The notes under the pieces were generated by a model that saw only the letters and a program-made list of their open reading frames with translations, did no database searches and was not told where the DNA came from. A stretch of DNA of 35,910 nucleotides from Octopus sinensis (taxonomy: Eukaryota): contig NW_021826232.1 of the NCBI RefSeq assembly GCF_006345805.1, positions 1 through 35,910 of the forward strand, written 5' to 3'. The position numbers and the translations under genes were made by a program. Positions 12,150 through 25,212 of the stretch are shown here, piece after piece (the stretch's first letter is position 1; the number at the start of each line of letters is the position of its first letter).

Positions 12150-12332
12150 CTATAAATACCACACCGTTTTTCCGAACGCTGATGATCCGGAACCTCTAGC
12201 AATCCGCATTAATTACGAGTACAAACTTCAGATTCCTGAGGCTGCCAACATCATTTCAATATTGTCTTACACTGGCCAGTACCTTGCACAGTACAGCGAT
12301 AATATACTTGTATCCTTCATACAAATGTACGA
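12150..12332 (+). CDS. Best candidate coding exon (YKYHTVFPNADDPEPLAIRINYEYKLQIPEAANIISILSYTGQYLAQYSDNILVSFIQMY), product unknown
   Basis: 183 bp, phase 2-2. Acceptor AATATCAG, strong donor GTATGT followed by a T-rich intron. One + frame is open throughout; the other two + frames and all three - frames hit stops. Non-repetitive, protein-like composition. Confidence 0.55.
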
Positions 12333-12359
12333 GTATGTTATTTTCTTTTAATTTTTTTT

Positions 12360-12560
12360 TCTTTTACTTGTTTCAGTCATTTGGCTGTGGCCATGTGGAA
12401 GCACCGTCTTGAAAGGTTTTAGTCAAACAAATCGCCCACAGGGCTTATTTTCTTTAAAGCCTAATATTTATTCTATCGATTGTTTGTGCTGAACCGCTAG
12501 GTTACGGGGACGTAAACATACCAACACTGGTTGCCAAGCGGTAGGGTAACAAACACAGAC
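12360..12560 (-). mobile_element. SINE family C module
   Basis: CTTGTTTCAGTCATTTGGCTGTGGCCATG...CCGCTAGGTTACGGGGACGTAAACATACCAACAC. Confidence 0.8.
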
Positions 12561-12567
12561 TCAAAGA

Positions 12568-12631
<64 letters not shown>

Positions 12632-12637
12632 ACACAT

Positions 12638-12711
<74 letters not shown>

Positions 12712-13420
12712 TGTGTCACTGGTGCCGAGCTGTATCGGCCTTTGCTTTTTCCCTTGGGTAACATTAGTGGTGAGGAGAGGGGAGGCTGGTATTCATTGGC
12801 GTCTGCTGGCCTTCCATAGACAACCTTGCCCGGACTTGCGCCTAGGCGGGAAACTTTCTAGGTGCAATCTCATGGTCGATCATGACCGAAGAGGATCTTT
12901 GCCCTTTACACCTACTTATATAAAGGCATACACATAAACATAAAAATTTAGACAAACAAAAACCATGCATTACACGTACCTATAAACACATACACATACA
13001 TATAAATGCATGCACTCACGTACTTGCATATATACATATTCGCTTACATACACATACGTACACACAAACATATATGTACCTACATAACGTACATAAAGAA
13101 ACAGATGCATACATTCGCATATACATACACACATATATACATATATGCACATGCACACAAACACACACACATACTACATACACGTATACATACACACATC
13201 TGCACATATAAATATATATACACACATACATACACACAAACATAAACACATATATAGATACATTCAAACATACATACACATATATAAATCCATACACACA
13301 TGCATACATGTATACATACATACATGCCTGTCTGCATACATACATATATACATACATACACACGCATAAATACACATATACATGCGTACATACATACATA
13401 CAAACTCAAGTTTATACCAG

Positions 13421-13491
13421 TAATTATTGGGGCCCTGAGATATATAGCACACTGCCTAAATACCATTCCATCACTGGAACTGTAAAAGTCT
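13421..13491 (+). CDS. Candidate exon (DNYWGPEIYSTLPKYHSITGT..), 3' edge uncertain (13481, 13491 or 13507)
   Basis: Acceptor TTTATACCAG. The phase-2 start continues 12332 in frame (GA|T = Asp). Unique island between CA-rich repeats. Confidence 0.4.
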
Positions 13492-13617
13492 GTAAAACTT
13501 TCCAGAAGTTTATCATTTAAATAGATATTAGCATGTCCAGATATGCAACTATATGCATGAGAATACATAGATAAAACAAAACATATAAATCTGCACATAT
13601 GCATTCATACATACATA

Positions 13618-14409
13618 CCCGAAATTTGGGGGAAAGGGTGCAGTCGATTAGATCGACCTCAATACACAACTGGTACTTAATTTATCGCCCCCGAAAGGAT
13701 GAAAGACAAAGTCGTCCTCGGCAGAATTCGAACTCCGTTAAACATTTCGCCCAGCGCGCTAATGTTTCTTATTTCTTTACTGCCCACAAGGGGCTACACA
13801 CAGAGGGGATAAACAAGGACATACAAACAGATTAAGTCAATTACATCGACCTCAGTGTGTAACTGGTACTTATTTAATCGACCCCGAAAGGATGAAAGGC
13901 AAAGTCGACCTCGGCGGAATTTGAACTCAGAATGTAACGGCAAACGAAATACCTATTTCTTTATAACCCACAAGGGGCTAAACATAGAGGGGACAAACAA
14001 GGACAGATAAAGGTATTAAGTCGATTACATCGATCCCAGTGCGTAACTGTTACTTAATTTATCGATCCCGAAAGGATGAAAGGCAAAGTCGACCTCGGTG
14101 GAATTTGAACTGAGAGCGTAACGGCAGACGAAACACGGCTAAGCATTTCGCCCGGCATGCTAACGTTTCTTATTTCTTTACTGCTCACAAGGGCTACACA
14201 CAGAGGGGACAAACAAGGACAGACAAAGGAATTAAGTCAATTGAAGTCAATTACATCGACTGCAGAGCATAATTGGTACTTAATTTATCGACCCGGAAAG
14301 GATGAAAGCAAAGTCGACCTCGGCAGAATTTGAACTCAGAACGTAACGGCAGACGAAATACCGCTTGGCATTTCGCCCGGTGTGCTAACGTTTCTGCCAA
14401 CACGCCGCC
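13618..14409 (-). mobile_element. Tandem array of four SINE A/A' monomers
   Basis: Body motif CCGAAAGGATGAAAG.CAAAGTCG.CCTCGG recurs at ~13690, 13885, 14070 and 14295. Confidence 0.9.
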
Positions 14410-15189
14410 TATCCTGTTGTTAATATTGAAATTCCAATGAAGAAACCTTGGATCTAGGTTAGAAACCGACGTTTTCTCTATTGGCAAGAAATCTTGAAAT
14501 AAAACTGAATAACGACATGCATACATGCATCCATCCATTCATGCATTCATCGCATACACACATGCATACAGCATGCATATATTTACTGAGAGTGCTCAAC
14601 GAATAATTATAAATAATTATAAATGACTCGAGGCTATGACATATGTCTTCAAGAGGAAAAACTGAAACGGAAAGAAACGCTGGATACACCATGGGAAGAA
14701 AAAATATGTATACAAATACTTCACACTCTTGTCTTGTGTGTGTGTGTGTGTGTCTGTGTGTGTGGATTTATACACATATGATTTGTACATATATATATAT
14801 ATATATATTCATTTATGTATATATGTATGTATAAATGTGTGTGTATATGTCCGTGTGTGTGTGTGTGTATGTTTATGTATCTGCTTATCTGTGTGCTTGT
14901 CATGTGTGTGTGTGTGTGTAAGAAAAAATATATAAAAAAAAGTATGACGGGATAGGGAAGATGGAGAACGGAAAAGGGTTCGAAAGTGAGAAAGAAGGCA
15001 GTGATGCAGGCGGTGGAACGAGCGGTGGCGCAGGTGGTGGCGCAGGCGGTGGCGCAGTTGGTGGCGCAGTTGGTGGCGCAGGTGGTGGCGTGTAGGTGAT
15101 AATGGCGACGGTTGTCAACTAAATGCATGCAGAGGAATGCCGTAGGCGATATTTATATTGGAGATAGAAGTACTTTCCAATTCATTAGA

Positions 15190-15303
15190 AACTGCTGCTG
15201 CTGCTCTTGCTGCTGCTGCTGTGCTGCTGCTGCTGCTCTTGCTGCGGCAGGTATCGTAGTTGCTGTTGCACCGTCTTTTTACACCTGTCTCCTTCTCTCT
15301 CTT

Positions 15304-15352
<49 letters not shown>

Positions 15353-15696
15353 TTCTATCTGTTTGTCTTCTGTCTATACCGACAATCTCTCTACGTTTCT
15401 TTTTCTCTCTCCCCCTCTTCTTTTTCCCTCTCCTTCTTTCTTTCTCTTTCTCTCTCCCTCTCTCTAGCTACATTTCTCTTTCATTCTCACTTTTTCTCTC
15501 ACAACCTCGCTTTCTCTTTCTCTCTCATTCTCCCTCCATCCCTCATCTCTCTCTCTTACACTCATTCTCTCTCTCGCTCGCTCATTCTATCTCTCTATCA
15601 CTTTCAATCTGCTTTTCTTTTTCTTTCTCAATCTCCCTCCCTGTCTCTCTCCCTCCTCTTTCTTTCTTTCTCTCTCTTTCTCTCTCTCTCTCTCTT

Positions 15697-15757
<61 letters not shown>

Positions 15758-16551
15758 GTAACGCTTATCATTTAACGCCATTTCCTAAAAACATCTCTGT
15801 CGTCCTCTCCGCCTCCACCGCTTCAATCATCACCCCCCCCCAAGCACAGCCATTATGTGTCACCATTAAAAGACTATACAGTCACCGCCGCCACCACCAC
15901 CACCACCACCACCACCACCATCACCATCACCACAATCATCAGCAGCAACATCATCATCATCATCAGCATCACCGCCATGACGACCACCACCACAACTACC
16001 ACCACCAACAACAACAACACCATCACCATCACCCCCACTACCATCCACCAGGAGCACCGCCACAACCAACACCACCACAACCAACACCACCACCATCACC
16101 ACCACTACTATCACCAGAACCCTAACAGCAACAGTACCCCCATGAGTACCACCACAAACACATCCAACTGTACAATCACCACCTCCATAGTCGTTAGAAA
16201 GTACGATGGAGTTAGAAATAGCAGTCAAATCTTCCACTAATCACACCATAACATCTGGTAGTAATGAAGGTTACATTGAATGGTGTAGTCCTAGATACAT
16301 TATTCCTGAAAAAAATTAAGAGAGATAGTCACGGATGGCAAACATTGGATCAGAATATCTGCTTGCTCCAGAATGCACCATGGTTAAACACCTGCAACGA
16401 TGACTACTACAACTACTACCACCACCACCACTACTACTACCACTACTACTACCACCACCATCACCACTACCACCACCACCACTACTACTACTACTACTAC
16501 CACCACCACCACCGCTGCAACTACTACTACCACTACTACTACAACCACCAT

Positions 16552-16607
<56 letters not shown>

Positions 16608-16820
16608 TTGCTACTACTACTACCACCACCACACCACCACCACTACTATCACCACCACTGTTACTACTGCTACTACTACTACTACTACTAATACTACTTG
16701 TTGTTGCTACTACTGCTACTACTACCACCACAACCACCACCATCACTACCACCACTACCACCACCACCACCACCACCACCACCACTACGACCACTATCAC
16801 CACCACCACTTCTACCACTA
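15190..16820. repeat. Low-complexity block: (GCT)n, (CT)n, (TCTA)n, (CAC/CAT/TAC)n
   Basis: Directly visible. Confidence 0.9.
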
Positions 16821-17279
16821 ATAAAACAACAATTCCGACACAACACCATCGGGTAATGTAGAAGGTTGTACATAGTCTTTCCAAATGCTAGAAACTTTAG
16901 TCAACTTTCTTCCTGTCAAACTACACGTTAGTGGCTTAAGATACGACACGACACACTGGACAATGTAGTCCAATGTACACTATTTCTGGTGACAAAAATT
17001 CATTGCGATGAACTGATCACAGCTTAAGCACCTTTGATCATAGCCTTTCATTTTAGGTCAGTGGAAAGGATACCGTCCTGAGGTTAAATAACAACTTTGA
17101 CAGCTACACTACCGCCACCTATATCTAATATGAAGGATATAGGACCAATGGAGGGAGCCGTTGCGTATGGAGGGAGCGGTATAGGCGTTAAAAAACAGGG
17201 AGCTAAATCTTCCTTAAATCACTCTCGCCTGGCTTTCAATCTGATGTAGGAACTAGACACCATCCCCTCAAGATAAGTA

Positions 17280-17775
17280 ATGATGTGGTGGTGGTGGTGG
17301 TAGTGGTGGTGGTGGTGGTGGTGGTGGTGGTGGTGGTGGTAATGATGGTGGTAGTGATGGTGATAATGGTGGTAGTGGTAGTGGTGGTGGTGGTGGTGGT
17401 GGTAATGGTGGTCACAATAATGAGGATGGTGATGGTGATGGCGATGGTGGTGGTTGTGGTAGTGGTAGTGATAATAGTGGTGATCATGGTGGTGATGGTA
17501 GTGGTAGTGGCGATGATGGTGGTGGTGGTGGTGGTAGTGTTGCTATTGGTGGAAATGGTGGTGGTGATGGTTGTGGTTATGATGTTCATAGTGATAGTGG
17601 TGATGATGATGATGGTAACGACGGTTATCGCCATGTCGTGGAGGTAGTGCTAGTGTTGGTAATGGTAGTGGTGATGGATAGGTGGTGGTGGCGGTGGCGG
17701 CGGTGGCGGTGGCGGCGGTGGCGGTGGTGGTGGTGGTGGTGGTGGTGGTGGTGGTGGTGGTGGTGGCGGTGGTTG
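17280..17775. repeat. (GGT/GAT)n triplet block
   Basis: Directly visible. Confidence 0.95.
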
Positions 17776-18599
17776 TGGATTTCCTTTGTCATCAGCGCCA
17801 CCTACACTGCTTCACCAAAACGTCCAGTGACGCAAAGGGAGCCTCTAGGTGGACACTTGGTTGCTAGAAATAAAATCAAGTTTCCCTCACATTGCACTTC
17901 AGCATTTTGAAATATGAATAATGTGGTCTTAGGTTCCATGCACATATGTAATAGATGGGATGGTCACGGCTGGAACATCTATGATCATCAGCATTCTTGA
18001 TTAGCTCTGACCTAGGCCTAAACAACAGCAACCACTCCACCACAGATATTACAACTTTCGTAAAAGATATTCTGGACAATATGGAATTCTGATATACGAA
18101 AAGGCGAGATAGTCACGGTTGGAACATCATTAATCATTGGTAGTCCCGATCTGGTTTGACCTGAGGCTAAATAACACTATCACAAACGCTACGACTTTGT
18201 TAAATAAAAGGTATATTGGACAATTGGATCTTCATAGTGGCCACGACTGGAACATCTGTGATCATCGGTAAGCTCAGTCAGGTTTGACCTGGGGCTAAAC
18301 GACTCCACTGCAAACGTTAGATTAGACCATGTAGCGTCTGATATAATAAAAGACGAGGTGGTCACGACTGGAACCCCTTTAATCATAGGTATGGTCGATC
18401 GGGTGTGACTTGGGGCTAAATACAGCAACTGTAACAACATCAGGAGCACATGGAAGACCCTTAACCTTATTTCTGCGCCTATTAAAAATGGCAACCAAAT
18501 CTCCCTCAAATCACAACCAATTATGTTTGGAGAAGACGTTTTGGGACCTTATTGTTTTAGGAATGGAAAGAGGCTGGACAACAGCAACAATAACAACAA

Positions 18600-18900
18600 C
18601 ACTATCATCACTCCATCATAAGTATCATCATCATCATCACCATCATCATCAACATAACCAACGTGACTACCACCACTACCTCCACGATCACACCAACAGC
18701 AGTCCCCCGCGATCAACACCCACGCCTATCACCACCCCACCATCACCACCTCCATCATCAACACTTATCACCACCACCACCACCAACACCACCGCCACTG
18801 CCACCACCAGTACCACCACCACCATCATCAACACCACCACTACCGTCACCCACCCCCACCCCCCGCCGCCGCCACCGCCACCACCATCTGCAGTCCGCCA
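18600..18900. repeat. (CAC/CAT)n triplet block
   Basis: Directly visible. Confidence 0.9.
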
Positions 18901-19099
18901 TGTTGTTTCAGTTCCCACATACAACACACACAAATTTCCACGCGGTAAATCGGTCACGTGATCTCCGTTCATTGCTGTGAGTTGACTCGGTGCACGATTA
19001 TCGATCTGTCGACAACGTGGTCATTCATATAAATACACGCACACACACACACACACACACATATACATACTATAGTTTAAGAGTGTGGGTAACGAGATG

Positions 19100-19934
19100 G
19101 TGATGGTGATGGTGGTAGTGGTGGTGGTGGTACTGTTTGTTTTTTTATGGTTGTCGATGTTTTTTTATGTTGTTGTTGCTGTGAAGGTGGTGGTGATGGT
19201 GGTGGTGGTGTTGATGGTGGTGATGGTGGTGATGGTGGTGGTGGTGGAGATGGTAGTGATGGTGGTGGTGGTGGTTGGTGGTGGTGGTGGTGGTAGTGGT
19301 GGTGGTGGTGGTGGTGGTGGTGGTGGTGGTGGTGGTGGTGAGTGTGGTGGTGTTGAGGGTGGTGATGGTGGTGGTGGTGGAGATGGTAGTGATGGTGGTG
19401 GTTGTGGTAGTGGTAGTGGTGGTAGTGGTGGTGGTGGTGGTGGTGTTGATGGTGGTGATGGTGACGGTGGTGGTGGTGGAGGTGAGTGTGGTGGTGTTGA
19501 GGGTGGTGATGGTAGTGCTGGTGGTTGTGGTGGTGGTGGTGGTGATGGTGGTGGTGATGGTGGTGGTGGTGGTGATGGTGGTGGTGGTGGTGGTGGCATC
19601 GGTGTTTGTTTTTCTTTATGATTGTTGATGTTTTGTATGTTTGCAGTTATTGTTGTTGTTATGGTGACGGTGTTACTGGTCGTGGAGGCGGCGGTGGCGG
19701 GGTTTTTGTTGTTGTTGTTGATGCTGTTGTTGTGGTGCCTGTTGTTGCTGCTGTGTTTATCGTTGTTATAACTGCTGATGAGTTTGTTGTTATTGTTGCT
19801 GCCGATATATTTATTGTTGATACGATTATTGTTGTATAGACAGCTGTTGTTGTGCTGCTGCCGCTCGCCCTATTGTGTTTGTTGTTGTTGTTATGGCGTT
19901 TATGTTTTTTTATAATTGTTGTGGTGCTGTTTAG

Positions 19935-19972
<38 letters not shown>

Positions 19973-20430
19973 GATACCCTTGTTTTTCTTGATATGTTTA
20001 TTGTTGTATAGGCAGCAGCCGGGGTTTGTTGTTGCGGCGGTGGCGGCAGCAGTAAAGATGGCGTCGGCGATGAAGGTGGCGACCTTGATGGTGACGGTGC
20101 TGATGGTGGCAGCGGTGATGATGGTGTTGGTAATGGTGGTGGTGACGGTGATATGATGGTGGTGGTGGTGATGATGATGATGATGAGGAGGAGGAGGAGG
20201 AGGAGGAGGAGGGGGGATAGGGGTGATGGTGGTGGTGGTGGTGGTGGTGGTGGTGGTGGTAGGGGTGATGACGATGGAATGATGATGTGGTAATAATGAT
20301 GATGATGATGATGATGAGTCTGGTGATGGCGGTGGTAATGGTATTGACGGTGGAATGATATTGGTGGTGGTGGTGGTGGTGGTGGTGGTGTTGACGGTGG
20401 AATGATGGTGGTGGTGGTGATGATGATGAT
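19100..20430. repeat. (GGT)n, (GTT)n and (GAT)n triplet blocks
   Basis: Directly visible. Confidence 0.9.
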
Positions 20431-20499
20431 GTGGTGATGGTAGTGGTAGTGCTGTTGCTGCTGCTGTTGCCGCTGATAGCGGCGGCAGCGGTGCGGCGA

Positions 20500-20765
20500 C
20501 GGAAGTGCGGCGGCGGCGTTGCGACGGCGGCGGCGTTGCGACGGCGGCGGCGGTGCGACGGCGGCGGCGGTGCGACGGCGGCGGCGGTGCGACGGCGGCG
20601 GCGGTGCGACGGCGGCGGCGGTGCGACGGCGGCGGCGGTGCGACGGCGGCGGCGGTGCGACGGCGGCGGCGGCGGTGGACGGCGGCGGCGGTGCGACGGC
20701 GGCGGCGGTGCGACGGCGGCGGTGCGACGGCGGCGGTGCGACGGCGGCGGTGCGACGGCGGCGGT
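20500..20765. repeat. CpG-rich 17-bp minisatellite (TGCGACGGCGGCGGCGG), about 15 units, the last ones 14 bp
   Basis: GCGAC recurs at 17-bp spacing from 20521 and at 14-bp spacing from 20710. Confidence 0.95.
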
Positions 20766-21364
20766 GACGGTGACAGTGGTGGTTATTGTTGTTATACTTG
20801 TTGTAGTAGCCATTGTTTCTGTTTTGGTTACCGTTGTTTTGATCGTTGATTGATATGATGTTTGATACTGCTGCTGCTGAGGTACTTCTTATAATTGACT
20901 TGGTTGTTGTTATTGTTGTCGTTATAACAGTATTGTGTCTGCTGTGGTTTATGCTGTAGTTGATGTCACGCTTCTTCTTGTCGTTGTTGTTGTTGATGAT
21001 GTCCTTAATGGTATGGCTCTTTGCAATGTTTATTGTAGCTGTGGTCCTCTTCTTTTTTTTACTTCTTTTTCTTCTTCTTCCAATCAGAACTCACGCCATT
21101 AGCCACAAAAAATAATCTCTAATTCGAGCCTACTCTAAGCTACTAAGAATCCGTGTGGCAACTTGAAGATCCACCCACCACACGCGATAGACTGGCGGTT
21201 GCACGGGCGCGAAAGCTACGTTGTTATCCTCATCCCATAAACGGCGGCTTTTAACGGGTGGAGAACTGAACCATCCTGGGGTACAGAGGATTCGCAATCT
21301 AGACTAGGCTCTGAAAGTTTACCACACCATAGTGGGTTACACCATGGTTCCTCTGCTTTGTGGC

Positions 21365-21559
21365 AGAAGTAGGGAGAAGGATTGAGAGAAAGTTGTGATG
21401 GAAGAGTACAGCGGGGTTCAACCCCCCACACCGCCGGAGCCTCGTGGAGCTTAGGTGTTTTTGCTCAATAAACACTTACAATGCCCAGTCTGGGAATCAA
21501 AACCGCGTTCTTACGACCACGAATCCGCTGCACTAACCACTGGGCCATTGCGCCTCCAC
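21365..21559 (-). mobile_element. 5' half of SINE family D
   Basis: Minus strand GTGGAGGCGCAATGGCCCAGTGGTTAG (A-box), then GGTTTTGATTCCC. Confidence 0.85.
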
Positions 21560-21593
21560 TGTAGCTGTTATTGCAGTCCATCATGGAAAGGAA

Positions 21594-21971
21594 GCACTCC
21601 GTCGGTTACGACGATGAGGGTTCCGGTTGATCCGAATCAACGGAACAGCCTGCTCGTGAAATTAACGTGTAAGTGGCTGAGCACTCCACAGACACGTGCA
21701 CCCTTAACGCAGTTCTCGGGGATATTCAGCGTGACACAGAGAGTGACAAGGCCGGCCCCTTGAAATACAGGTACAACAGAAACAGGAAGTAAGAGTGAGA
21801 GAAAGTTGTGGTGAAAGAGTACAGCAGGATCACCACCATCCCCTGCCGGAGCCTCGTGGAGCTTTAGGTATTTTCGCTCAATAAACACTCACAATGCCCA
21901 TCTGGGAATCGAAACCGCGTTCTTACGACCACGAATCCGCTGCCCTAACCACTGGGCCATTGCGCCTCCAC
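21594..21971 (-). mobile_element. Near full-length (~380 bp) tRNA-derived SINE family D
   Basis: Minus strand A-box TGGCCCAGTGG, B-box-like GGTTTCGATTCC. The body is shared with 1530-1650 and 34858-35020. Confidence 0.88.
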
Positions 21972-22169
21972 TGTAGCTGTTGTTGCAGTCCATCTTGTAG
22001 TGTGATGGTGGTTGTTATTGTAGTTATATGATAGTTGATGTTCATATTGTGGTTGTTGTGGAAGATAATGCATGTCTCCGATTGTTGCTACTGCTGTTGT
22101 TGTTGTTGTTGCTGACAATGTTGTTGGTTTTGACGATGATCATAACCGTGATGACGATAACGGCGACGA

Positions 22170-22640
22170 CGACAATGACGACAACGACGATGATGATGAT
22201 GGCCACAACGACGACGATGGTGAGAGTGGTGGAGGTGATGATGATGATAATGATGATGATGATGATGATGATGATGATGGTGGTGATGGTGATGGTGATG
22301 GTAATGATGGTGATGATGGTGATGATGATGATGGTGGTGGTGGTGGTGATGATGATGATGATAATGATGATGATGATGATGGTGGTGGTGGTGATGATGA
22401 TGATGATGACGATGATGATGATGATGATGATGGTGATGGTGATGGTGATGGTAATGATGGTGATGATGATGATGGTGGTGGTGGTGATGATGATGATGAT
22501 GATGATGATGGTGGTAGTGGTGATGATGGTGGTGGTAGTGGTGATGATGGTGGTGGTGGTGATGATGATGATGGTGGTAGTGGTGATGGTGATGATGATG
22601 ATGATGACGATGATGGTGGTGTTGATGATGACGGCGACGG
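22170..22640. repeat. (GAT/GGT)n triplet block
   Basis: Directly visible. Confidence 0.95.
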
Positions 22641-22948
22641 CAACGAGCATCACAACTACGATGACAGTAATGCTATGGTCTTCATGTTGTAGTTGTTCTT
22701 TTTACATGGTTTCAGTGATTACGAGGTTTCGCTGCGTAATCCTGATGTCCCGGGTTCGATCTCAAATGTCTTTCACCACTACCTCGGGTCAACAGAATCC
22801 TTTTAAAATAAACAATAAAAGTGAACACATGGAAACCTATGCAGAAGCCCGCAGGGAGGATGAGGGTTTATACCAGTAATTCGAAGATCCAACCTTGACA
22901 TACATACAAACACACCATATCACGCTAACTTTTAAGATCATGTTCCAG

Positions 22949-23063
22949 GTACGTTTGTCAATGAAGTACTCAGCCATTTGCAAGTTAATTACTATACGCA
23001 AGCAGTTTCAGTTGATCGAACATCTGCAATGCTCACCCTCGAAACTGGTGGAAAACCATTTAC
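22949..23063 (+). CDS. Candidate exon (xTFVNEVLSHLQVNYYTQAVSVDRTSAMLTLETGGKPFT, or the alternative frame VRLSMKY...)
   Basis: Acceptor ATCATGTTCCAG, donor GTAAAT. Two frames are open, so the frame is ambiguous. Confidence 0.35.
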
Positions 23064-23621
23064 GTAAATGTACTTTAGTTGTTATCACTCGGTCATCGCA
23101 CTTTATGATGATGTTAGTGGTGGTGGTGGTGGCGGCAGCGAAGTCGGGGAAGGCGGTGAAGGCGTCGAAGGCGGTTCTGGTGGTAGTGGTGGTGGTGGTG
23201 GTGGTGGTTGTGGTGATGGTTTTAGTTGTGGTCATAGTTGTCGTTATGATTTGCCGCGATTAATTGTCGTTTCTCTTGTTATTGTACATAAATGAGAAAA
23301 ATGACAAAATGATTGTTTTTGATGCTTAGGACCAACGAAGATTCATCACGGATACAATTTCAATTTCCCGCAAAGTTTTGTGTCCAAACTTCAAAACATG
23401 CGCTAGTCCCTCACTTAACATCTTCTTTTTCTAGCAAGTGACGCCCCTAGGAAATTTTCGGTTCTCTCTCTCATTCTTTCTCTCTCTCCTTCTCGCTCTT
23501 TCTCATTCCCACCCTCTCTCTTTCTCTCTTTCCTTCTCTTTCCCCCTCTCTCTCTCCTTCACACACACACACAAATATGCACACATATATGTTTGTTTAT
23601 ATATACATATATATATATATG

Positions 23622-23714
<93 letters not shown>

Positions 23715-23734
23715 TATATATAATATACACACAT

Positions 23735-23964
23735 ATACTTATTTCTTTTACGTGCTTCAGTCATTTGACTGTGGCCATGCTGGAGCACCGTTTTCGTCGA
23801 AGAAATCGACTCCAGGACTTATTATTTGTGAGTGTAGTACTTATTCCATCGATATCTTTTGCCGAACTGCTAACTTACGAGGACGTAAAGAAGCCAACCT
23901 CGGTTGTCAAGCGATGGTAAGGGTCAAACACAAACGAACAAACATATACATACCATATAGATAT

Positions 23965-24028
<64 letters not shown>

Positions 24029-24175
24029 GTATACGACAGGTTTCTTTCAGTTTCCTTCTACCAAATCCATTTACAAGGCTTTGGTCAGCCCGAGGTTATA
24101 GTGGAAGACACTTGCCCAAGGCGCCACGCAGAGGGATTGAACCCGGAACCATGTGGTTGGGAAGGTAAGATTCTT
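23735..24175 (-). mobile_element. Composite SINE B + (GATA)n + C
   Basis: C module 23735-23945, (GATA)n, B module 24030-24175, all in reverse orientation. Confidence 0.88.
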
Positions 24176-24384
24176 ACTACATGACCCTGTGTGTGTGTGC
24201 GTGTGTGTGTGTGTGCATTATATATATACTTACTTGGAAATGAATGCGTGGCGTTTTGTTAAATAATAATATAATATATATGCAAATATGGGTACAGGAC
24301 ATCATATTGTTTATTGGGTGTGTGTGGTGTGTGTCTGTATGATATACATTTATGTTTTTATTGTACATACGTGCATATATATAT

Positions 24385-24978
<594 letters not shown>

Positions 24979-24999
24979 ATACATATATATATATATTTT

Positions 25000-25212
25000 T
25001 TTCTTTACTACCCACAAAGGACTAAACACAGAGGGGACAAACAAGAACAGACAAACGGATTAAGTCGATTACATCGACCCCAGTGCGTTACTGGTACTTA
25101 ATTTATCGACCCCGAAAGGATGAAAGTCGACCTCGGCGAAATTTGAACTCAGAACGTAACGGCAGACGAAATACCGCTAAGCATTTCGCCTGGCGTGTTA
25201 ACGATTCTGCCA
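25000..25212 (-). mobile_element. SINE family A
   Basis: Matches the reverse complement of 6824-7052. Confidence 0.88.

Noticed and set aside
17057-17082. Micro-exon after TTTCATTTTAG
   Set aside because: Lies inside a relic of the ~70-bp dispersed element seen at 17959-18429.
21230-21310. HPGVQRIRNL resembling gypsy integrase zinc-binding region
   Set aside because: Only about 10 residues, stop immediately after, no supporting context.
21900-21971. Genuine tRNA gene
   Set aside because: A/B boxes continue into a ~300-bp SINE body that is repeated elsewhere; no clean cloverleaf or terminator. It is a SINE head.
15112-22879. Long ORFs (100-337 aa) of poly-H/T/V/G/P/D/S and RRRRCDGGGGATAAAV repeats
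   Set aside because: They are translations of triplet microsatellites and the 17-bp minisatellite, open in several frames on both strands, with no unique coding flanks.
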